In this document: in pieces, positions 16,193 through 25,022 of the stretch | Layout of the letters: every line of letters begins with the position of its first letter | Position numbering within the stretch: the first letter of the stretch is position 1 | Assembly: GCA_012797095.1 (NCBI GenBank) | Contig: JAAZPS010000224.1 | Coordinates: 1 to 46,589, forward strand | Source of the DNA: Bacillota bacterium | GTDB taxonomy: Bacteria; Bacillota; Dethiobacteria; DTU022 | Direction: 5' to 3' | Length of the DNA: 46,589 nucleotides | Translations under genes and position numbers: made by a program | Notes under the pieces: model-generated | Database searches by the model: none | Seen by the model: the letters and a program-made list of their open reading frames with translations, nothing else | What the model was told of the DNA's origin: nothing

Positions 16193-17107
16193 ATGCAGTT
16201 AGATCTGTCTGCTCTCCGGCAGGGCTTTATCGATGTCGGCTATATCTGCGATCAAAATGCATTGCTCACGGTTTATCTTGCGCTGAAGCTGCAGAAACCT
16301 TTGCTCATCGAGGGTGCTCCGGGAGTGGGCAAGACCGAGCTGGGAAAGACGCTGGCAAAGGTGCTGCGGACGGAGCTGATCCGCCTGCAGTGCTATGAAG
16401 GTCTCGACGAGACCAAGGCGCTTTACGAGTGGAACTACCAGCGCCAGCTGCTGCGGATCCAGATCGATTCCCGCCAGAACGGGAACAAGCTGGAGGAGGA
16501 AGATCTTTTCTCACTTTCCTATCTGCTGGAAAGGCCTCTTTTGAAAGCGATCCGGGCGCCGGAAACAAAGGTGCTGCTCATCGATGAGGTCGATAAATGT
16601 GATCCGGAATTCGAGGCTTTTCTTCTTGAAGTGCTCTCCGATTTTCAGATCTCCATCCCCGAACTGGGGACGCTGCAGGCAAAGAATATCCCGGTGGTGG
16701 TCCTGACGAGCAACAATGAACGGGAACTTTCCGACGGTTTGAAGCGACGCTGCCTCTATCTTTACTTTAATTTTCCCGATGTGGCCCGGGAGTCGCAGAT
16801 CATCCGTTCCCGCATTCCCGAAATCAAGGAGCGCTTTGCGATGGAGATTGCCCGGGTGATCGCTCATATCCGCAGCCAGGAGGAGATGCGTAAAAAACCT
16901 TCCATCGCCGAAACGTTGGACTGGACCCGCGCGTTGGTGGCGCTGGATAAAAAAAGAGTCGATGGAGGCCTGGTCAACGATACCCTTAACCTGCTGCTCA
17001 AAAATCGTCAAGATCAGCTTCTTTTTCACCGGAAGATCGGGAAAAAGGGGATCGATCAGCTGTTGCAGCAGCCTGTCGAGCCGGGGGAGGATCTCAGATG
17101 TCTTTAA
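16193..17107 (+). CDS. MoxR-class AAA+ ATPase (AAA_5, CoxD-like)
   Basis: Walker A is EGAPGVGKTELGK, Walker B is VLLIDEVDKCD, and sensor and Arg-finger regions follow. The size of 304 aa and the YEWNYQRQLL segment fit MoxR/CoxD-type chaperones. Confidence 0.9.
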   Translation: MQLDLSALRQGFIDVGYICDQNALLTVYLALKLQKPLLIEGAPGVGKTELGKTLAKVLRTELIRLQCYEGLDETKALYEWNYQRQLLRIQIDSRQNGNKLEEEDLFSLSYLLERPLLKAIRAPETKVLLIDEVDKCDPEFEAFLLEVLSDFQISIPELGTLQAKNIPVVVLTSNNERELSDGLKRRCLYLYFNFPDVARESQIIRSRIPEIKERFAMEIARVIAHIRSQEEMRKKPSIAETLDWTRALVALDKKRVDGGLVNDTLNLLLKNRQDQLLFHRKIGKKGIDQLLQQPVEPGEDLRCL

Positions 17108-18495
17108 CGGATTCGCAGGAGAGCTACTTTGAAGAGAATATGGCCGCCTTTGCCGCACTGCTGCGCGCCGAGGGACTGATCCTGGGAACAGCGGAGCTGC
17201 TCGATGCACTGCAGGCTCTTCGTTATATCGATATGGCGGACCGGACTGCGTTCAAGACCGCCCTGCGGGCCACCCTGGTGAAAAACGAACGCGATCTGGA
17301 AATTTTCGAGCGTTCCTTTGAGCGCTATTTTATTCCCCTGACAGCGCAGGCCGAGCACCTTCGTGAAGCGGCTCTGCAGGTGGAAGAGCAGAAGATCAAG
17401 CTGGAGGATGCGGCCGGCGAGCTGGCGTTTAAAGGCGAACCCTTGCCCCTGTCGACGGAGGAGATGCTGCTTTATACCTCTCTCCCCGAAGAGCAGCGGC
17501 AAAACCTGCAGCGTTTTGTTCAGGAGACCGCTGCAGCGGAAAAAGAGATGATGCGGCCGCTGCGCCCCCTTCTCGAAACCGTGGTCAAAGGGCACCTGCG
17601 CTACTGGCACAGCCGGAAGGAGCAGCTCGCGGCGGGAGACGGCGGCGGCGGGGCCGGTGGGGCGGGCGGTATCTCCAGAACCTCGGCCAACAGAGAGAGT
17701 CGGTTGCGCGAATCCGATATTCAGGAGCTGCAGCAGGCTGATCTGCCGGCGGCGAGGGCGCTGATCGATCGGCTTTCCCGGCAGCTGGCCCGCAGGCTGG
17801 TCTATCAGCGTCAGCGAAATGCATCCCGCGGTGCTCTCGATTTTCGCCGGACGGTTCGGGCCAATATGCGCTTTGGGGGGCGCCTTTTCTTGCTGAGACA
17901 CAGGCGGAAACGCCGCTCGCCGCTGCAGCTGCTCCTGGTGGGTGATCTCTCTGCCTCGATGAAGCGCTACAGCAGCTTTGTGCTGCAATTTATCTACGGC
18001 CTCCAGACGGTGATCGCCAATCTGGAGCTTTTCTCTTTTGCCGATACCCTTGAATATCTCACTCCTGCCCTGAAGGAGCAGGCCGGGCTGGAGCAGATCC
18101 TGGAACGGGTTGTGCTGCAGGGCGAATCCTGGGGCGGGGGGACCAATATCGGGGCATCGCTGACGGAGCTTTTCGAAAATTATCGCGAACTGCTGACCTA
18201 CCGGACCATTGTGATCGTGGTCAGCGATACTCGAACGGTGCAGCTCGATCGGGCCCTGCCGGCGCTGCAGAAGATAACGGAGCGGGTCCGTCAGGTGATC
18301 TGGCTGAACCCGCTGCCGCCGGAGGAATGGTTCCGCTATCGCTCGGTGCAGCTGTTCAGTGAACTGGTGGAGATGTGGCCCTGCAATACCATCGCCCAGC
18401 TGGAGCAGGCGGTTACAGGGCGACTGTTTGCCGCAACTACATATTTAGATCAGGAGGCAGGAAAAGATGACCAAACGTATCGCTATCGCCGGTAA
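17098..18495 (+). CDS. VWA-domain protein, CoxE-like (COG3552)
   Basis: The C-terminal VWA domain has a MIDAS-like LLVGDLSASM. A Gly-rich linker (GDGGGGAGGAGG) is present. The start overlaps the AAA+ gene by 10 nt. Confidence 0.85.
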   Translation: MSLTDSQESYFEENMAAFAALLRAEGLILGTAELLDALQALRYIDMADRTAFKTALRATLVKNERDLEIFERSFERYFIPLTAQAEHLREAALQVEEQKIKLEDAAGELAFKGEPLPLSTEEMLLYTSLPEEQRQNLQRFVQETAAAEKEMMRPLRPLLETVVKGHLRYWHSRKEQLAAGDGGGGAGGAGGISRTSANRESRLRESDIQELQQADLPAARALIDRLSRQLARRLVYQRQRNASRGALDFRRTVRANMRFGGRLFLLRHRRKRRSPLQLLLVGDLSASMKRYSSFVLQFIYGLQTVIANLELFSFADTLEYLTPALKEQAGLEQILERVVLQGESWGGGTNIGASLTELFENYRELLTYRTIVIVVSDTRTVQLDRALPALQKITERVRQVIWLNPLPPEEWFRYRSVQLFSELVEMWPCNTIAQLEQAVTGRLFAATTYLDQEAGKDDQTYRYRR

Positions 18496-19222
18496 GGGGG
18501 GCACCGGTAAAACCACCCTGGCAGCCCTTTTGATCCGGTTATTGCAAGAAAACCGGCCGGACAAGGCTATCCTCGCCGTTGATGCCGACCCTAACGCCAA
18601 TCTTAACGAGGCTCTCGGCCTCTCTGTTGAGCAGACCATGTCCATGGTCCTGGAAGCGATCAAGAAGCCTGGCGGGGTGCCCACCGGGATGACCAAGGAT
18701 ATCTTTGTCCAGTACGAGCTGAACAGATCCCTTGTCGAGACGAAACATTTTGACCTGCTGGTGATGGGCAGCCCGCAGGGTGCGGGATGCTACTGTTATC
18801 CCAATGATCTGCTCCGCCGATTTCTGGAGCAGCTCAGCGCCAATTACGATTACATGCTGATGGACAATGAAGCCGGGCTGGAGCATCTCAGCCGGCGGGT
18901 TCTGCCCGAGGCCGAAATATTGGTGATCACCAGCGATGCAACGGCCCGGGGAATCCGCTCCGCGGGAAGGGTGCGCGAGATTATCGACAATGTCAAGCTG
19001 CAGATCGGGCGGATGGGCCTGGTGATCACGCGCAGCCGCCCCGGCGAGATGGAGCGGTTGGATGAAGAGATTGAACGGACAGGGCTGGAGGTTTGGGGCG
19101 ATATTCCCTTTGACCCGGCGATCATGGACTACGATCTGGAAGGAAAGCCGCTTTTCGATCTGCCCGCCGAGTCGCCGGCGGTTCAGGCGGCGGCAAAATT
19201 GTATCAGTCGCTGGCGCTGTAA
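18467..19222 (+). CDS. CooC/AcsF-like P-loop ATPase (MinD/ParA superfamily) with CxC motif
   Basis: The deviant Walker A is IAGKGGTGKTT. The motif GAGCYCYPN corresponds to the Cys-x-Cys metal site of CooC-type nickel insertases. It overlaps the VWA gene by 29 nt. Confidence 0.8.
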   Translation: MTKRIAIAGKGGTGKTTLAALLIRLLQENRPDKAILAVDADPNANLNEALGLSVEQTMSMVLEAIKKPGGVPTGMTKDIFVQYELNRSLVETKHFDLLVMGSPQGAGCYCYPNDLLRRFLEQLSANYDYMLMDNEAGLEHLSRRVLPEAEILVITSDATARGIRSAGRVREIIDNVKLQIGRMGLVITRSRPGEMERLDEEIERTGLEVWGDIPFDPAIMDYDLEGKPLFDLPAESPAVQAAAKLYQSLAL

Positions 19223-19244
19223 CAGCGCCGGAGGAGGAAAGGCA

Positions 19245-19892
19245 GTGTTCTTTGTAGACCGTCCGGAGGCCGGGGCCCTTCTTGCCGAAAAATTGAGCGG
19301 CTACCGGGGGGCGCTGCCGCTGATCCTGGCGGTGCCGCGCGGGGGTGTCGCCGTGGCGCTGCCACTGTGGCGCCATCTCGGCGGCGAACTCGATCTGGCG
19401 ATCGCCCGGAAGATCGGGGCCCCCGATCAGCCGGAGCTGGCTGTCGGTGCGGTCACCGCCGGCGGGTACCTGCTGCTCAACGAAAAATTGGCCGCACAGC
19501 TCCATTTGCCGGAAAGATATCTTAAGCGTGCCTCGGCAAGGGAGCGGGGCGAGATTTCCCGCCAGCTGCAGCTGTACCGGGGCTGGCGGAATCCGCCGGA
19601 GATCGAAGACAGGACGGTCATCGTTGTTGATGACGGGGTTGCCACCGGATTCACCCTGCGCGCTGCCCTGGAAGGGGTGAAGCAGGGCCGTCCGAAAAGA
19701 TTGATCCTGGCAGTTCCTGTCGGTCCACCCGGGATCCTGGAGCAGCTCCGCCGGGAGGTAGATGAGCTCTGTTACCTCGCGGCACCGCCTCATTTCGCCG
19801 CCGTGGGACAATTTTACCGCGATTTCAGGCAGATCAGCGATAGCGAAGTGAAGGCAGCCCTGAAGGAGGCCCGGGGCGACCGGGGGGCCTGA
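19245..19892 (+). CDS. phosphoribosyltransferase-fold protein (COG1926 type)
   Basis: From GTG 19245 (SD GGAGGAGG) the sequence reads FVDRPEAGALLAEKL...LILAVPRGGVAVA...VIVVDDGVATGFTLRAAL, which includes the PRPP-binding loop. The ORF track starts upstream at 19062, inside the previous gene. Confidence 0.8.
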   Translation: MFFVDRPEAGALLAEKLSGYRGALPLILAVPRGGVAVALPLWRHLGGELDLAIARKIGAPDQPELAVGAVTAGGYLLLNEKLAAQLHLPERYLKRASARERGEISRQLQLYRGWRNPPEIEDRTVIVVDDGVATGFTLRAALEGVKQGRPKRLILAVPVGPPGILEQLRREVDELCYLAAPPHFAAVGQFYRDFRQISDSEVKAALKEARGDRGA

Positions 19893-19972
19893 GCAGCTCC
19901 GGCGGCAGCCTTTGATTGACATCTGCCAGGTAAAGGTATAGGTTATAGATATCCCGGCGCTTGGAAGCCGGG

Positions 19973-20080
19973 CTCTTATCAAGAGCGGAGGAGGGACGGT
20001 CCCGATGAATCCCGGCAACCGGATCGCAGCAGCGATCACGGTGCCAATTGCCGCGGGGATAATGCCCCGGAAGATGAGAG
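19973..20080 (+). promoter_or_regulatory. SAM-I (S-box) riboswitch aptamer
   Basis: CTCTTATCAAGAGCGGAGGAGGGACGGTCCCGATGAATCCCGGCAACC...GGTGCCAATTGCC...AGATGAGAG matches the S-box consensus, with P1 CTCTTATC/GATGAGAG. It lies directly upstream of metK. Confidence 0.9.
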
Positions 20081-20087
20081 GTGGCCG

Positions 20088-20120
20088 GGGCCTCTTCTTC
20101 GGAGAGGTCTTATTTTTTAT
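20088..20120 (+). terminator. riboswitch expression-platform terminator
   Basis: GCCTCT-tcttcgg-AGAGGT is followed by CTTATTTTTTAT. The 3' half of P1 can alternatively pair into it. Confidence 0.6.
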
Positions 20121-20158
20121 TCAGGGCAGCCAAGAATACCAAAGGAGGCAGTTCTCAA

Positions 20159-21349
20159 ATGAGCCCGAAAGACTTTCTATTAACTTCAGAGTCGGTTACC
20201 GAAGGACATCCTGACAAGCTGGCCGATCAGATCTCCGATACGATCCTCGATTCAATCATCGCCCAGGATCCGCTGGCACGGGTGGCTGCAGAAACAATGG
20301 TTACCACCGGACTTGTTTTCGTCTGCGGCGAGATCACCACAGAATGCTACATCGATATCCCCAGTATAATCCGGGAAAAGGTCAAGAAGGTCGGTTATAC
20401 CAGGGCCAAATATGGCTTCGATGGGGATACCTGTGCCGTGCTCACCTCCATTGATGAGCAGTCTCCCGATATTGCCCTGGGAGTGGATCGGGCCCGGGAG
20501 GTCAAGGACGGGGGCTCCGCCGACAGCTTTGATCGGGTCGGGGCCGGTGATCAGGGGATGGTGGTCGGCTATGCTTGCGATGAGACCGCCGAGCTGATGC
20601 CCCTTTCGATCTCCCTGGCTCACAGGCTGGCCCAGCGTCTTGCTGCTGTGCGCAAGGAAGGGCTGCTGCCGTATCTCCGGCCCGACGGCAAGTCCCAGGT
20701 GACGGTGGCCTACCGCGGCGGCAAACCGGATCATCTGCAAACAGTGGTTATCTCGGCCCAGCACAGCGAAGAGGTATCCTTAAACCAGATCAAGAAGGAT
20801 ATTACTGAACTGGTGATCGAAAAGACGATCCCCCCGGAGCTGCTCGTTGCCCGGACCCGTTTGCTGGTCAACCCGACGGGTCGTTTTGTTGTCGGCGGCC
20901 CCCAGGGAGATGCCGGGCTGACCGGTCGGAAGATCATCGTGGATACTTACGGGGGAGTTGCTCTGCACGGTGGCGGTGCTTTTTCGGGAAAAGACCCCAC
21001 CAAGGTCGATCGTTCGGCAGCCTATGCCGCCCGCCATGTCGCCAAAAATATTGTCGCCGCCGGGCTGGCCCGGCGCTGCCAGCTTCAGATCGCCTATGTC
21101 ATCGGAGTGGCCCGGCCTGTTTCAATAGCGGTGGAGACCTTCGGGACCTCCTCCCTAGCTCCGGAGCGGCTTGAAGCGCTGATCAACGAATGTTTCGATC
21201 TACGTCCGGCGGCGATCATCGAGCAGCTGGATCTGCGGCGCCCGATCTATCAGCAGCTGGCGGCTTACGGCCATTTTGGCCGGCCGGAGCTCGAGCTTCC
21301 CTGGGAAAAGCTTGATCGGGTACCCCTGCTGAAAGAAAAAACCGGCTGA
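20159..21349 (+). CDS. metK: S-adenosylmethionine synthetase
   Basis: From ATG 20159 ([10 protein letters not shown]) the sequence reads [30 protein letters not shown]-like [12 protein letters not shown] and [16 protein letters not shown] are also present. The ORF track starts at 20081, inside the riboswitch. Confidence 0.95.
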   Translation: MSPKDFLLTSESVTEGHPDKLADQISDTILDSIIAQDPLARVAAETMVTTGLVFVCGEITTECYIDIPSIIREKVKKVGYTRAKYGFDGDTCAVLTSIDEQSPDIALGVDRAREVKDGGSADSFDRVGAGDQGMVVGYACDETAELMPLSISLAHRLAQRLAAVRKEGLLPYLRPDGKSQVTVAYRGGKPDHLQTVVISAQHSEEVSLNQIKKDITELVIEKTIPPELLVARTRLLVNPTGRFVVGGPQGDAGLTGRKIIVDTYGGVALHGGGAFSGKDPTKVDRSAAYAARHVAKNIVAAGLARRCQLQIAYVIGVARPVSIAVETFGTSSLAPERLEALINECFDLRPAAIIEQLDLRRPIYQQLAAYGHFGRPELELPWEKLDRVPLLKEKTG

Positions 21350-21475
21350 ACCTTCTGCCCAAGGGGCATAAGCAGACAGCCGGCAGCCGATGGAGGGATT
21401 TCGCTGGAAGATCTGGATAAATTCGAGGGAACCCTGGAGCGGATCAGGTATTACAATGAAGAGAGCGCCTACCTG

Positions 21476-23599
21476 GTGGGACGGCTGCGCTGTACCAGCG
21501 GCGATGCCATCACCATCGTGGGCAGCTTCCCGCCCATGCAGGAGGGTGAAAGCCTCTGCATTACCGGGAAGTGGCAGGTGCACCACCGCTACGGCCGGCA
21601 GGTGGCGGTGGAGCGCTGGGAACGGGTGCTCCCGGTCACCGAAGAGGGGCTCAAACGATATCTTTCATCAGGGCTGATCAAGGGGGTCGGCCCGGTCACA
21701 GCTGCGGCGATGGTGCGGCAGTTCGGCCTGGCTTCCCTGGAAGTGCTGGAGCAGGAGCCGGAGAGGTTGCAGGAGGTCTCCGGTATCGGCCCGAAGAAAG
21801 CAGCAGCGATTCTGGAAAGCTATGGAAAATATCGCGAAATGCAGAATGTGCTCATTTTTCTCCAGGGGTACGGTATCGGGGTGGGCCAGGCACTGCGCCT
21901 TTACCGCCACTATGGCCCCCGGGCTGCTGACCGGGTCAAGGAAAACCCATATATGCTTGCCGAAGAGGTTCTCGGGATAGGATTTAAAACGGCAGACCGG
22001 ATCGCCTGCCAGATGGGGCTCCCCGCTGACTCTCCGGTACGGGTCTGTGCGGCAGTGCTTTTTGTCCTGCGCGATGCGGCGGCAAAGGGTCATGTCTATC
22101 TGCCGCGGGAGATCTTGCTGGAGCGGGTCGGCGAACTTCTGACGGCACCGGGGGAGGCAGCTCCCCCCCTGGCGCCGGCCGGCCATCTGCAGCAACTGGC
22201 GGCAGAGAAAAAGATCTATCATGAGGCAACTGCCGGCGGAGAGATCGTCTATGCGGCGCCTTTTTACCATGCAGAGAAGGGAGTGGCCCGGCAGCTGCAG
22301 CTGCTGGCCGCAGCCCCGCAGCGGTGGGATGAGCGAGCGGGCCGGGCCGCTCTGGAATCGGCGGCGGGAAAAGAAAGCGGTTTGACCGGAGAACAGCGCC
22401 GGGTGCTGGAGCAGGCTTTGAGCAAGGGAATCCTTGTTGTAACCGGCGGTCCCGGAACGGGGAAAACGACGACGATCCGGGCGCTCCTTTCACTATTCAT
22501 CTCGCTGAAACAGCAGGTGCAGCTGGCCGCTCCAACAGGGCGGGCGGCCAAAAGAGTCAACGAAGCGACTGGCGAGGAGGCCTCCACGATCCACCGCCTT
22601 CTCGAGTACAGCTACACCGAGGGAGAAGGGTTCCGGTTTCTGCGCCACGAGAAGCGCCCCCTGGAGGCTGATGTGCTGATCATAGACGAGGCCTCCATGG
22701 TCGACTTGATGCTGATGTATCACCTGGTCAGGGCGATTCCCGAGGGGTGCCGCCTGATCCTGGTTGGCGATGCCGATCAGCTTCCGGCAGTGGGAGCGGG
22801 TAATGTTTTGCGCGATCTTCTTGATTCCGGGGTGATCTCCGCAGTTCGTCTGACCCATATCTTCAGGCAGGCCCGCGAAAGTCTGATCACGGTAAATGCA
22901 CACCGGATCAACCGGGGAGAGATGCCGCACCTCAATATAAAGAACAAAGACTTTTTCTTCGTTGACGAAGCCGTTCCCGATCTGGTCGCTCAGAAGGTGG
23001 TGCAGCTGTGCCGTGAACGGATCCCCAATTACGGGCCCTTTGATCCGGTGCTTGATATCCAGGTAATTACCCCGATGCGGCGAACCCCTGCCGGGGTGGA
23101 TAAGCTGAACCGGATGCTGCAGCAAGCGCTGAACCCTCCGACCAGAAAGCGAGAGGAGGTCACCGTTCGCGGGGAAATTTTTCGCAAAGGCGACAAGGTG
23201 ATGCAGATCCGGAACAATTACCAGAAAGAAGTTTTCAACGGGGATATCGGTTTTATCAGCGCCCTCGATCTGGAGGAGGGCGAGCTGACCGTAACCTACC
23301 GCGATCAATCGATCAGCCGGGCAGTGCTCTACAACTTCGGCGAGCTCGATGAGCTGACGCTGTCATATGCCATCTCGGTGCATAAAAGTCAGGGCAGCGA
23401 GTACCCGGTTATCATCATGCCGGTGATCACCCAGCATTACCTGCTGCTGCAGCGCAATCTCCTCTACACGGGGATTACCCGCGCCCGCAAGCTGGTGGTC
23501 CTGGTCGGGACAAAGAAGGCGCTGGCCATAGCGATACGGAACAATCGCGCCAGCGAACGCTACAGCCTGCTCGACAGCCGTTTGATTCAGGAGAGGTGA
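21476..23599 (+). CDS. recD2: RecD2/YrrC-type ATP-dependent DNA helicase (SF1B)
   Basis: HhH region GVGPVTAAAMV and SGIGPKKAA, Walker A VVTGGPGTGKTT, LILVGDADQLPAVGAGNVL, and C-terminal AISVHKSQGSEYP. The start given is the first canonical codon. The true start is probably upstream (see findings). Confidence 0.9.
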   Translation: MGRLRCTSGDAITIVGSFPPMQEGESLCITGKWQVHHRYGRQVAVERWERVLPVTEEGLKRYLSSGLIKGVGPVTAAAMVRQFGLASLEVLEQEPERLQEVSGIGPKKAAAILESYGKYREMQNVLIFLQGYGIGVGQALRLYRHYGPRAADRVKENPYMLAEEVLGIGFKTADRIACQMGLPADSPVRVCAAVLFVLRDAAAKGHVYLPREILLERVGELLTAPGEAAPPLAPAGHLQQLAAEKKIYHEATAGGEIVYAAPFYHAEKGVARQLQLLAAAPQRWDERAGRAALESAAGKESGLTGEQRRVLEQALSKGILVVTGGPGTGKTTTIRALLSLFISLKQQVQLAAPTGRAAKRVNEATGEEASTIHRLLEYSYTEGEGFRFLRHEKRPLEADVLIIDEASMVDLMLMYHLVRAIPEGCRLILVGDADQLPAVGAGNVLRDLLDSGVISAVRLTHIFRQARESLITVNAHRINRGEMPHLNIKNKDFFFVDEAVPDLVAQKVVQLCRERIPNYGPFDPVLDIQVITPMRRTPAGVDKLNRMLQQALNPPTRKREEVTVRGEIFRKGDKVMQIRNNYQKEVFNGDIGFISALDLEEGELTVTYRDQSISRAVLYNFGELDELTLSYAISVHKSQGSEYPVIIMPVITQHYLLLQRNLLYTGITRARKLVVLVGTKKALAIAIRNNRASERYSLLDSRLIQER

Positions 23600-24345
23600 G
23601 GGCGCTGCCGGATCAACAGCTGAAAAAGAGACGGCGGCCGCCGGGCCGGCGTCGGACCGAGCCATTCTGGCGCTTGCTGTTTCCGCCCCGGTGTCTGCTC
23701 TGCCGGAGGCTGCTGGCAGCAGCATCGCCCGTGCCCCTCTGCGGTGGCTGCCGGGCTCTTTTTACCCCGGCGGGGCTATTCTGCCCCCGCTGCGGGAAAG
23801 AGCTTCTATCCGGGCAGCCCTGCTCCTGTGCCCCGGAGATATTGCCCCTGCGCGGCCTGTTTGCCCTCTCCCGGTACGAAGGGCCCTGGCGGCAGATGCT
23901 GCACCGTTTCAAATTCGGGGGGGAACGCGCCCTGGCCCGGCCGCTGGGCAACTGGTTGGGGAGACTGCTCGAAGAGGAGACCGGCTGGCAGCCTGAACTG
24001 GCTGTTCCGGTGCCGCTGCATCGCCGCAGGGAGGAAGAACGAGGCTACAATCAGTCTTTTCTGCTGGCCCGTTTTACCGCTGAAGCGCTCGGGATTCCCC
24101 TGCAGCCCCTGCTGGTCAGGCCGGAAGCAGCACCTGCTCAAAGCAGCCTGAGTTACCGCCGCCGCCTGGAGAATGTGCGCGGCGCTTTTCTTTACCGGGG
24201 CAAGCCGTACCCGGGGAAAAGGGCCCTGCTGGTCGATGATATCTATTCCACGGGGGCGACCATGCAGGAAGCGGCGACGGTATTGCACCGCCGGGGGTTG
24301 ATCGTTTTTGGTGCTGCGGCGGCCTATACGCCCCGCCTTTCCTGA
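23596..24345 (+). CDS. comFC: ComF family protein (ComFC-like, PRTase domain)
   Basis: N-terminal Cys pairs (CLLC...CGGC...CPRCG) are followed by the PRT loop ALLVDDIYSTGATMQEA. GTG 23596 overlaps the recD2 stop (GTGA). Confidence 0.8.
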   Translation: MRALPDQQLKKRRRPPGRRRTEPFWRLLFPPRCLLCRRLLAAASPVPLCGGCRALFTPAGLFCPRCGKELLSGQPCSCAPEILPLRGLFALSRYEGPWRQMLHRFKFGGERALARPLGNWLGRLLEEETGWQPELAVPVPLHRRREEERGYNQSFLLARFTAEALGIPLQPLLVRPEAAPAQSSLSYRRRLENVRGAFLYRGKPYPGKRALLVDDIYSTGATMQEAATVLHRRGLIVFGAAAAYTPRLS

Positions 24346-24433
24346 GCGCGGCCTTTGTTGGCCGGGCTGAAGGGTTTTTCCATAGCTTGGGGAATAGTAT
24401 TGATAAGAAAAGGGCAGAAAGGGAGGAGCAAAG

Positions 24434-24979
24434 ATGGAGATCAATATCCGGGGAAAGAACATTGAAGTCACTGAAGCCCTGGTGGACTATGCCCAGAGGA
24501 AGGTAGGCAAGCTGACCAAATACCTGAATCGCCCCAAGGAGGTTCAGGTGGTGCTGACTGTGATTCGTAACGAGCATATTGTTGAGGTTACCGTGATTCT
24601 GAACGGCCTGATCTTGCGCGGTGAAGAATCTACCGGTGATATGTATGCTTCCATAGATATGGTTGTTGACAAGCTGGAGAAGCAGCTGGTCAAGTACAAG
24701 ACCAGGCTGAACAAATCCTTGCGGCAGCAGAGCATTCGCGACCTCGGCGAAAAATTGATCCCTGCAGAGGAACGGGAAGAGGGGACCGAGGAAGAGCGGG
24801 TTGTAAAAACAAAGCAATTTCCCCTCAAACCGATGCACCTGGAAGAGGCGATCATGCAGATGAATCTGCTGGGTCACGATTTCTTTGTTTTTGCCAATGC
24901 CGAAACAGAGACCGTCAATGTGCTCTACCGGCGGAAAGATGGCGATTACGGCCTCATCGTTCCGGAGTACGGCTCCTAG
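24434..24979 (+). CDS. hpf: ribosome hibernation promoting factor, long form (YvyD)
   Basis: The sequence begins MEINIRGKNIEVTEALVDYAQRKVGKL. The C-terminal dimerisation domain reads PMHLEEAIMQMNLLGHDFFVFANAET. It precedes secA, as in B. subtilis. Confidence 0.95.
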   Translation: MEINIRGKNIEVTEALVDYAQRKVGKLTKYLNRPKEVQVVLTVIRNEHIVEVTVILNGLILRGEESTGDMYASIDMVVDKLEKQLVKYKTRLNKSLRQQSIRDLGEKLIPAEEREEGTEEERVVKTKQFPLKPMHLEEAIMQMNLLGHDFFVFANAETETVNVLYRRKDGDYGLIVPEYGS

Positions 24980-25022
24980 AAACGGGCCCCGGCGATCTGA
25001 TGCTGCAGAAAGGTTTTAACCG

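Noticed and set aside
15518-19892. A tRNA-adjacent genomic island (integrated element) downstream of tRNA-Thr
   Set aside because: There is no integrase or recombinase. By eye there is no direct repeat of the tRNA 3' end (GGTTCGAGTCCTCTTGCCGGCTCCA) downstream. There is also no obvious compositional shift. A whole-genome comparison would be needed.
21390-21677. A 95-aa ORF starting at ATG 21390
   Set aside because: Its translation (MEGFRWKIWINSREPWSG...) is Trp/Arg-rich and lies out of frame over the recD2 5' region. Only its ATG may be relevant (see the recD2 start finding).
24372-24396. Sigma-B-type promoter (GTTTTT ... GGGAAT) in front of hpf
   Set aside because: The spacer is only about 10 nt, against the 12-15 nt expected. 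Many Clostridia also lack sigma-B. The sigma-H reading fits better.
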